Shown here: positions 1-11,089 of the stretch, one piece after another
How the letters are laid out: the number at the start of each line of letters is the position of its first letter
Numbering within the stretch: the first letter of the stretch is position 1
From: Tubiluchus corallicola
Taxonomy: Eukaryota > Animalia > Priapulida
Length of the DNA: 30,623 nt
Assembly (NCBI GenBank): GCA_030141605.1
Contig: JAQGDQ010001662.1
Span: forward strand, 1-30,623
Reading direction: 5' to 3'
Notes under the pieces: generated by a model
Told to the model about the DNA's origin: nothing
Seen by the model: the letters and a program-made list of their open reading frames with translations, nothing else
The model's database searches: none
Made by a program: the position numbers and the translations under genes

Positions 1-511
1 GCCTTACGGTAAGCAAAAAAGTTCGTCAATGCAAAATAGTAGGCCGCTTTTAATTTAATGCAAAACCGGACCCAATTTTTAACTGTTGGTCAAAACAATC
101 TACTCTTTTTCAAAAATGATTTACGTGAAAGAATTATTACCACACAAACACAATTTCGCGTTCTTCACTGTTACATACATTTCACCATTCGCTAGTTAGA
201 CGGACACTAGCGCTAGCATTTCGGAAATGCATTTCACAAAAAGCAGGTGCTGTACCTTTCAGTTTAGATTTGTTGGTTTGTGATGAGCTACACACGTTCG
301 ACAGCTCATGCCATTCACATTTGAAATTTGAGTTTTTATCTTAAAACTTCACTAGTACAACACACTGAATATCTTACAGTAACACTGTACTTCAATTCTC
401 GCTTTCGCAAACGCGTGCAACACGCTCGTGGAATATTTTTGCTATTGAAAATTATGTTAGTTTGTGATGTCATCAGTAGTTGGGCTCGCCCGTCGTTAAA
501 TAAGTTTTTCC

Positions 512-828
512 TCTATTATTTAATTATCAGAAACGCTTTTGCAATATTAAATGTGTTAAATGTATACTTTTTATCGAACTTGAAACTAGGGCAATGTATG
601 AACAATCATCCCGTCTTCCTTTAAGGGGAAAAAAGGGAACTTTAATGTAAATACCAAGGAACTTGCCACACAAAGTTATATTGCTTGGCAGCCCACCGTT
701 AATTATGTTTTTAATCTATTATTAATTATCAGAAACGCTTTTGCGGTATTAATTGTGTTAAAATGAAAACTTTTTAACGGGCTTGAAAATGGGGATAGTA
801 CATGAAAAATCATCCTGTCTTTTTTTAA
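512..828. repeat. Two diverged ~113-bp direct copies (512-624, 715-828), possibly ends of a TTAA-target DNA transposon
   Basis: Both read tctattatt-aattatcagaaacgcttttgc...aatcatcc.gtctt..tTTAA. The reverse complement starts TTAAAGGAAGAC, a Kolobok-like terminus (family call is inference). Confidence 0.55.
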
Positions 829-1073
829 AACCATTGTCCGGTAATCTGAAAATAATTTTACAAAATAAGCAGTTATTATCAACAGAAGTAACTAACATTC
901 TAAGCATGTTTTATATTTACAGCTGATTAGTTCTAATTCTATTACTAATAAGGTTATTCTGCTTTGTTTTCCTTGCCTAAAAGGTTAAAGGTCAACATAA
1001 AGCATGGTAAACAGAATCACAACGTCTTTATCACTTCCACGCTTGTGCTGATCTTCAGGTGCTATTATTAAAA

Positions 1074-1883
1074 CGAAGACTTCTTGCTGATAGACTGGCA
1101 ACTCGAAGACTTCTTGCTGATAGACTGGCAACTCGAAGACTTCTTGCTGATGGACTGGCAACTTGAAGACATCTTGCTGATAGACGTGCAATTCGAAGAC
1201 TTCTTGCTGATAGACTGGCAACTCGAAGACTTCCTGCTGATAGACTGGCAACTCGAAGACTTCTTGCTGATGGACTGGCAACTTGAAGACATCTTGCTGA
1301 TAGACTGGCAACTCGAAGACTTCTTGCTGATAGACTGGCAACTCGAAGACTTCTTGCTGATAGACTGGCAACTCGAAGACTTCTTGCTGATGGACTGGCA
1401 AGTCGAAGACTTCTTGCTGATAGACTGGCAACTCGAAAACTTCTTGCTGATAGACTGGCAACTCGAAGACGTCTTGCTGATAGATTGGCAACTCGAAGAC
1501 TTCTTGCTGATAGACTGGCAACTCGAAGACTTCTTGCTGATGGACTGGCAACTCGAAGACTTCTTGCTGATAGACTGGCAACTCGAAGACTTCTTGCTGA
1601 TAGACTGGCAACTCGAAGACTTCTTGCTGATAGACTGGCAACTCGAAGACGTCTTGCTGATAGACTGGCAACTCGAAGACTTCTTGCTGATAGACTGGCA
1701 ACTCGAAGACGTCTTGCTGATAGACTGGCAACTCGAAGACTTCTTGCTGATGGACTGGCAACTCGAACACTTCTTGTTGATAGACTGGCAACTCGAACAC
1801 TTCTTGCTGATAGACTGGCAACTCGAACACTTCTTGCTGATAGACTGGCAACTCGAAGACTTCTTGCTGATAGACTGGCAACT
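1074..1883. repeat. 30-bp minisatellite, 27 copies, directly after the CYP stop codon
   Basis: Unit CTCGAAGACTTCTTGCTGATAGACTGGCAA, near-identical copies, no indels, no spacers. Confidence 0.98.
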
Positions 1884-1888
1884 ACTTT

Positions 1889-2085
1889 CTAGTCAAGGTA
1901 ACAATTGTGAACACGAGGAACGAAGCAAATGTCATGGGGCAATGGCGATCTCATAATGGCGTCTGACATCAAATCCGGTTCCGGTCGATCATCCGGAAAT
2001 GCGAGAGTAAAACTCTGCATTAGTGCAGTAAAAAAGAGGAACATTTCCATCTCTCCGAGTATTTTGCCCACACATTGCCGTGGAC
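1889..2085 (-). CDS. CYP exon 7 (heme-ligand Cys, C-terminus, TAG stop)
   Basis: Acceptor cttttttcag|GT; GPRQCVGKILGEMEMFLFFTALMQSFTL...SPLPHDICFVPRVHNCYLD*. Confidence 0.95.
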
Positions 2086-5047
2086 CTGAAAAAAGTAGAA
2101 GAAAAAGGAATAAAATCTTATTGTTATGACGGCGAAATGCTGTTTATTTTCGACCCCACCCTCCACATTGCGATGGTCTCGTCCGTACGAAGCCATGGCA
2201 TAGTGGCTTTGAATGCCAGGTATAAAACCTTCGGTATGGAACGCTTTCGTTGATTAGGCAGGTAAACGGGCAGGTATTTTTACCATCACAGCACCTGTTC
2301 CGTAAAAACAACTATGAAGGACACAGGACAAGTTTACTGACAAGTTTGCTTCAACAAATCTCTGTCTGACTTTATAAAGTTTGCATCAACTTGGCAGTGA
2401 ATACTTGACCTCCGAAATACGAGGGAACGAACTGACCAGGGAACCACCAATCAGACCCCCTAGCGCCATGGACCAGCAACGTTAAATCATCATAGGAGGA
2501 ATAGTAACAACAATAAGAACAGCAACGTCACAGCAAAAGATACATCTTTATAGAGTTACTTCGCGAGTCACACGAAAAACAATCCAGGTTGTTTGACTGA
2601 AGGTATGGCTGTATGTGTGACTCCTTCTCTAGGAGATGGGCTGATAAAGGTGAAGAAAAATAGGTTTATTCCAGTACTGAAAACAGTGGAAACACTTTTA
2701 AAAGAATCGAGAGGTAAACGTTTGAATTAGCATAGCAAAAAAGCTTGACACGACAAATACAAAAATCATTGGTCGTTTTTAAATAATCAAATTTTTAAAA
2801 TTCATAATTATAGTCACCGTCTGACGGATCATACCAAATTACCAATACCATTCTATCAATGAAAGCTTTAGTAAAAATACCTGACGATATTCTTACCAGA
2901 TGGTTGAATAGATGGCGCCACAGTACAGTTTTAGTTACTCTTTAATGCATATACAACTAGTATCTTCATGTAAAACAGTGAAATGTGGGGCTTAACTGCA
3001 ACTTGGGAAGGAGAAATGAATTTATTTCACAGAGGCCTACTCAGAAAAATCTTAAAAAATAAAATGGCCATTATATCATTTCAAATGAGCAGCTGTATAA
3101 CAGAACCAAAGAGGAACTTTGAAGCACTAAAATCAGAATCAGAGGACTAAGATGGGTACGACGTTTAATGAGATTGCCAGAAACAACACCAGTAACATTA
3201 TCATTGAACATTAGAGCACTAAAATCAGAATCAGAAGACTAAGATGAGTAGGACAATTAATGAGATTGACAGAAACAACTCCACTAAGATTATCATTAAA
3301 CATTAGAGCACTAAAAATCAGAATCAGAAGACTAAGATGGGTACGACATTTAATGAGATTGCCAGAAACAACACCAGTAACATTATCATTGAACATTAGA
3401 GCACTAAAATCAGAATCAGAAGACTAAGATGAGTAGGACAATTAATGAGATTGACAGAAACAACTCCACTAAGATTATCATTAAACATTAGAGCACTAAA
3501 ATCAGAATCAGAAGACTAAGATGGGTAGGACATTTAATGAGATTGCCAGAAACAACATCAGTAAGATTAGCATTAAACATTGGAGCACTAAAATCAGAAT
3601 CAGAAGACTAAGATGGGTACGACATTTAATGAGATTGCCAGAAACAACACCAGTAACATTATCATTGAACATTAGAGCACTAAAATCAGAATCAGAAGAC
3701 TAAGATGGGTAGGACATTTAATGAGATTGCCAGAAACAACACCAGTAAGATTAGCATTAAACATTAGAGCACTAAAATCAGAATCAGAAGACTAAGATGG
3801 GTAGGACATTTAATGAGATTGCCAGAAACAACTCCACTAAGATTATCATTAAACATTAGAGCACTAGAATCAGAATCAGAAGACTAAGATGGGCAGGACA
3901 TTTAATGAGATTGCCAGAAACAACACCAGTAAGATTAGCATTAAACATTAGAGCATTAAAATCAGAATCAGAAGACTAAGATGGGTAGGACATTTAATGA
4001 GATTGCCAGAAACAACTCCACTAAGATTAGCATTAAACATTAGAGCACTAAAATCAGAATCAGAAGACTAAGATGGGTAGGACATTTAATGAGATTGCCA
4101 GAAACAACACCAGTAAGATTAGCATTAAACATTAGAGCACTAAAATCAGAATCAGAAGACTAAGATGAGAAGGACAATTAATGAGGTTGCCAGAAGCAAC
4201 ACCAGCAAGATTAGCATTAAACATTATAGCACTAAAATCAGAATCAGAAGACTAAGATGAGCAGGACAATTAACGAGATTGTCAGAAACAACTCCACTAA
4301 GATTAGCATTAAACGAAGCACTGGAACTTACTAAACGACCACCAGGCAAAACCAAATACAACTTGGATATCAAAAATTCATACGTTACAAAAGCTAACTT
4401 TATGAAGTGTGACAATGTTCTACTGGCCTATATTCTAAAAGCAAGTGTGAAAGTTTTCTGACGTAAAATTAATGGTGCCTGGAGGTATTATGACAATTGA
4501 CAATCAAACACAGTAAGATACTACTGTATCATAAAATTGGCAAAGATGATAACTTACGTGTAACAGTTAACATGCAAGTGTCTGCAACAGGATTTGTTTG
4601 GGTCAGTTTTTATTGATTTTTTTGCATGCTGAATTTTTGAATATAGTCTTGAACACCATTGTTGAGAACAATCGCGATCAACATTCAACAAAACATTGTG
4701 AGGTATTTTCACAAAAGCGATTGTTAACGTAGACGCTAATAGTTAAATAAAAGCTTGTCAGTTCGGCTTGTGGGGCTGTGGTCAGTTCGTCTCGTGACAT
4801 AATAGGCCAAAAGTAGATCAATTGTGGACTCTATGAGTGGATATGACACGAATAAACGCATTTTTTCTTCTGTTCTTCGTAAGTTTGTGCATCGAATCTT
4901 CCAGAGCTTATCCTAGAACTGGGTTACGTTTTCCGCTATGGCGGCGCAACTTGCGTACAAGGTCAGTGACATTTACCACGATTAAGAATTATCAATTATT
5001 ATTAATATACTAATGCTAACTATTATATTATTATTATTATTATGTAT

Positions 5048-5109
<62 letters not shown>

Positions 5110-8100
5110 TTATTGGATATTTCAAATGCATTAAATCATCAACATTAAAATGTACAAGTGCATTTCATATAATAATGTAAATCCTAGCACATAAACAGTA
5201 CATACACAATTCACTATTATGACTGAAGCTAAAATCGTAATTACAAGTATTATATGTATTATGACATGTCTAATAACATGTCTAATTCAGCTAATAACAT
5301 GGCTAGTAATTATAATAATTATATACATATGTCTCCTCAACTCTGAAGTAAAAAGTGTGCATTTTCTAAACCTCTCTTGATATGACGTTTCCCAGCTGCA
5401 TGGATAATTGATTACGATGCAAATTTAACAGTAATAAGTGAGCATTTTCTAAGCCTCTCTTGGTATGACGTTTCCTAGTTGCATGGATAATTGATTACGA
5501 TGCAAATTTAACAGTAATAAGTGTGCATTTTCTAAGCCTCTCTTGATATGACGTTTCCTAATTGCATGGATAATTGATTACAATGCAAATTTAACAGTAA
5601 CAAGTGAGCATTTTCTAAGCCTCTCTTGATATGACGTTTCCTAGTTGCATGGATAATTAATTACAATGCAAATTTAACAGTAACAAGTGAGCATTTTCTA
5701 AGCCTCTCTTGATATGACGTTTCTTAGTTGCATGGATAATTGATTACAATGCAAATTTAACAGTAACAAGTGAGCATTTTCTAAGCCTCTCTTGATATGA
5801 CGTTTCCTAGTTGCATGGATAATTGATTACGAAGCAAATTTAACAGTAACAAGTGAGCATTTTCTAAGCCTCTCTTGATATGACGTTTACCAGCTGCATG
5901 GATAATTGATTACGATGCAAATTTAACAGTAATAAGTGAGCATTTTCTAAGCCACTCTTGATATGACGTTTCCTAGTTGCATGGATAATTGATTACGATG
6001 CAAATTTATCAGTAACAAGTGAGCATTTTCTAAGCCTCTCTTGATATGACGTTTCCTAGTTGCATGGATAATTGATTACGATGCAAATTTAACAGTAACA
6101 AGTGAGCATTTTCTAAGCCTCTCTTGATATGACGTTTCCTAGTTGCATGGATAATTAATTACAATGCAAATTTAACAGTAACAAGTGAGCATTTTCTAAG
6201 CCTCTCTTGATATGACGTTTCTTAGTTGCATGGATAATTGATTACAATGCAAATTTAACAGTAACAAGTGAGCATTTTCTAAGCCTCTCTTGATATGACG
6301 TTTCCTAGTTGCATGGATAATTGATTACGAAGCAAATTTAACAGTAACAAGTGAGCATTTTCTAAGCCTCTCTTGATATGACGTTTCTTAGTTGCATGGA
6401 TAATTGATTACAATGCAAATTTAACAGTAACAAGTGAGCATTTTCTAAGCCTCTCTTGATATGACGTTTCCTAGTGCATGGATAATTGATTACGATGCAA
6501 ATTTAACAGTAATAAGTGAGCATTTTCTAAGCCACTCTTGATATGACGTTTCCTAGTTGCATGGATAATTGATTACGATGCAAATTTATCAGTAACAAGT
6601 GAGCATTTTCTAAGCCTCTCTTGGTATGACGTTTCCTAGTTGCATGGATAATTGATTACGATGCAAATTTAACAGTAATAAGTGAGCATTTTCTAAGCCT
6701 CTCTTGATATGACGTTTCCTAATTGCATGGATAATTGATTACAATGCAAATTTAACAGTAACAAGTGAGCATTTTCTAAGCCTCTCTTGATATGACGTTT
6801 CCTAGTTGCATGGATAATTGATTACGATGCAAATTTAACAGTAACAAGTGAGCATTTTCTAAGCCTCTCCTGATATGACGTTTCCTAGTTGCATGGATAA
6901 TTAATTACAATGCAAATTTAACAGTAACAAGTGAGCATTTTCTAAGCCTCTCTTGATATGACGTTTCTTAGTTGCATGGATAATTGATTACGATGCAAAT
7001 TTAACAGTAACAAGTGAGCATTTTCTAAGCCTCTCTTGATATGACGTTTCCTAGTTGCATGGATAATTAATTACAATGCAAATTTAACAGTAACAAGTGA
7101 GCATTTTCTAAGCCTCTCTTGATATGACGTTTCTTAGTTGCATGGATAATTGATTACAATGCAAATTTAACAGTAACAAGTGAGCATTTTCTAAGCCTCT
7201 CTTGATTCGACGTTTCCTAGTTGCATGGATAATTGATTACGAAGCAAATTTAACAGTAACAAGTGAGCATTTTCTAAGCCTCTCTTGATATGACGTTTAC
7301 CAGCTGCATGGATAATTGATTACGATGCAAATTTAACAGTAATAAGTGAGCATTTTCTAAGCCACTCTTGATATGACGTTTCCTAGTTGCATGGATAATT
7401 GATTACGATGCAAATTTATCAGTAACAAGTGAGCATTTTCTAAGCCTCTCTTGATATGACGTTTCCTAGTTGCATGGATAATTGATTACGATGCAAATTT
7501 AACAGTAATAAGTGAGCATTTTCTAAGCCTCTCTTGATATGACGTTTCCTAGTTGCATGGATAATTGATTACGATGCAAATTTAACAGTAACAAGTGAGC
7601 ATTTTCTAAGCCTCTCTTGATATGACGTTTCTTAGTTGCATGGATAATTGATTACAATGCAAATTTAACAGTAACAAGTGAGCATTTTCTAAGCCTCTCT
7701 TGATATGACGTTTCCTAGTTGCATGGATAATTGATTACGAAGCAAATTTAACAGTAACAAGTGAGCATTTTCTAAGCCTCTCTTGATATGACGTTTACCA
7801 GCTGCATGGATAATTGATTACGATGCAAATTTAACAGTAATAAGTGAGCATTTTCTAAGCCACTCTTGATATGACGTTTCCTAGTTGCATGGATAATTGA
7901 TTACGATGCAAATTTATCAGTAACAAGTGAGCATTTTCTAAGCCTCTCTTGATATGACGTTTCCTAGTTGCATGGATAATTGATTACGATGCAAATTTAA
8001 CAGTAACAAGTGAGCATTTTCTAAGCCTCTCTTGATATGACGTTTCCTAGTTGCATGGATAATTAATTACAATGCAAATTTAACAGTAACAAGTGAGCAT

Positions 8101-11031
8101 TTTCTAAGCCTCTCTTGATATGACGTTTCTTAGTTGCATGGATAATTGATTACAATGCAAATTTAACAGTAACAAGTGAGCATTTTCTAAGCCTCTCTTG
8201 ATTCGACGTTTCCTAGTTGCATGGATAATTGATTACGAAGCAAATTTAACAGTAACAAGTGAGCATTTTCTAAGCCTCTCTTGATATGACGTTTACCAGC
8301 TGCATGGATAATTGATTACGATGCAAATTTAACAGTAATAAGTGAGCATTTTCTAAGCCACTCTTGATATGACGTTTCCTAGTTGCATGGATAATTGATT
8401 ACGATGCAAATTTATCAGTAACAAGTGAGCATTTTCTAAGCCTCTCTTGATATGACGTTTCCTAGTTGCATGGATAATTGATTACGATGCAAATTTAAAA
8501 GTAATAAGTGAGCATTTTCTAAGCCTCTCTTGATATGACGTTTCCTAGTTGCATGGATAATTAATTACAATGCAAATTTAACAGTAACAAGTGAGCATTT
8601 TCTAAGCCTCTCTTGATATGACGTTTCCTAATTGCATGGATAATTGATTACGATGCAAATTTAACAGTAATAAGTGAGCATTTTCTAAGCCTCTCTTGAT
8701 ATGACGTTTCCTAGTTGCACGGATAATTGATTACGATGCAAATTTAAAAGTAACAAGTGAGCATTTTCTAAGCCTCTCTTGATATGACGTTTCCTAGTTG
8801 CATGAATAATTGATTACGATGCAAATTTAACACCATGTTTACATTCAAAAACACGTTTTCAAAGGCAGATTCGTGCAAACACGGTAAAAAACACTTTAAC
8901 TCAAGATGTGCCATTCTGGCGTAGTTCTCGACAAAGACCTTCATATTTGAGCGTGCAGTAAGTGCGGTTTGATGTACTACCATTGGTGACGTGTAGACGT
9001 ACCGTATGGGAAACGATTTGTCTTGCTTATCTGTTACATCAGTTACAAAAAACGAATGTTCCCCTGGTGTCAGATTGCTGAACGAAAACCGAAAAACAGA
9101 AGTATGGATATGAACCAAAAATCTGTAATAAATATCTGCACTGCACACAACAGAAAAGTGTTTAGTGAAGTACAGAAAACATGAGTAGCAAAACTGCTGC
9201 ACTGAACATTGAGCAAAAACTAGAAAGCAAAAACAGTCAGTAAAACCTGTTTCACAGCCTGTATACAGGTTTTGAACTTGACCTATGCAGAGTTGCACAG
9301 GCCTCACAACAACCATTAATTTTAGATAGGGAGAGGACCGGTGTGTATGTAGTCACTGGACCATACAATTATACTGAAGGTAAGTCAGCTGGTAGAATGT
9401 AATAAGATTAGCACATAGATGGCAGCACCTAACTACAATGTACAATTCCAACTTCCACAAAACTCATTTCTCGATTCTTTGTATTTCTAAAGGCATAACA
9501 AACATCAGCGACAATACAACCATGGTAAGTCTGCATCCAAGAATCACCAGAAAATCGAAGCATCAGGACCGTGGTTAGACGGCTTGCTTCCTCAGCCACT
9601 AGGACACTTCGTTAGAGATGCACCAAACCATCGAAGAGGGCGCCACCAAGGTCACAAGGGGAGGTGACATAGTGACGTGATTTAATGTATTTCTCGAATA
9701 CAACTATTCAAACAAATAATGTAAAGTATGCTTTCTTTTGTAAAAACAAATAAAATTTTGAAGTAATGCAATAGAAAAAGTCAATAAATTGTGCAGTTTG
9801 CGAAATGCTAGCTCTGTAGAAGTCTGTACTTTGCACAATGCAGAATGAAAGATAAATTACTGTGTGGACCGAAAATGAAACTAGGTAACCCTTTTTCTTC
9901 TTCTTTCTTCAAAATCTCATTCCACCTGTTGTAGGCATTGGGGTATTAACATTTATCAGAGTATTCCACCCATTTCCATCTGCAGCTAACAGCGTAAGTT
10001 CTTTTATTTCTAAAGATAGATTTGGTTGAAGTTGTTAAACATCTTTATTTATCTTAACTATCCAAGTTGTTTTTGGTTTGCCATGTGGTTTTTTTGCAAG
10101 GTTTTGAGGCTTCCTTTAAGGCGATTCTTACTGGTGCTTCATTTGGTAATCTTAGAAGATGTCCTAGCCATCTTAATCTGTGGATCTTGACTTTTGAACT
10201 CCAAGAAATTTCTTTTGTTCTGTTGTATAAATCTTCATCTTTGATCATGTATGGCCATCTTATCTTTAAAACTTTCCTAAGAGGACTTTTGTGAAATGTG
10301 TCAATCTGCTTTTCTTGAGTAATCGCTAAACCCCAAATTTCACTACTGTACATAAATATGCTGGTAACGTAAGCATTAAATAATCGAAGTCTTATGTTAA
10401 TTTCTCGTTAGTTAATGCATTCTTATGCTGATGAAACGCATGCATTGCTTGTTGCTTTCTGCTTTTTTAATGTCGTCTACGGTGCTTAGAAAAGTGCCCA
10501 TGTAACCCGGTTACTTATAATTACAGCAGATAATTTGTGATTGAACCCCCTTTTTATGTCTGCTCTTAAGTCTTCAGGACAAGTATAAATGAGTTAATAA
10601 ACATCGTTTGAAAAGAATTATTTTACTACGTAGTCTTTTCTCGAGACATTGTGCTGCGCTAATCTTTCTATTTCATATGTTTTGAGCAAAAACAACAAAC
10701 TCGTAATTAATAAAATTGTGTAAATCGAATTTTCAGTGAAAAATTGCAGTGTCATACTGTACTGTACCGCGACGAAGTGCACGGCTGAGTGGTTACTCAC
10801 CCTCCTCTCTCTCACTCAGTCTCTCTCTCTCTCCCTCTGCTGCTTCCTCTTTCTGTCTCTATTTTTTCTCCCCTCTCCCCCCTCTCTCTCTCTCTCTCTC
10901 CCTCCCTCTCCTCCTCTCTCTCTCCCTCCTCTCCCTCCTCTCTTTCTCTCTCTCCCTCCTCTCTCTCTTCCTCTCCCCTCTCGTCTTCTCTCTTCGCTCC
11001 CCCTCTCCACTTCCCCTCTCTCTCCTTCTCT

Positions 11032-11089
<58 letters not shown>

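Noticed and set aside
1074-1883. 30-bp repeats as a CRISPR array
   Set aside because: Units are contiguous with no unique spacers, there are no cas genes, and the context is a spliced eukaryotic gene. The same applies to the 43-, 83- and 92-bp arrays.
1074-1883. LATRRLLAD frame as a CR1 LE.RRL..D motif (third LINE-derived array)
   Set aside because: Only about nine residues match and the flanks do not continue any LINE-like reading.
985-1956. 298-aa, 290-aa, 135-aa and 74-aa repeat ORFs as real proteins
   Set aside because: They arise from a stop-free 30-bp unit read in several frames on both strands, mostly from non-ATG starts; unit variants show no clear preference for silent changes in one frame.
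8768-9316. 182-aa minus-strand ORF
   Set aside because: No recognisable domain, Cys/Phe-rich composition typical of chance frames, intronic, and it ends in the satellite.
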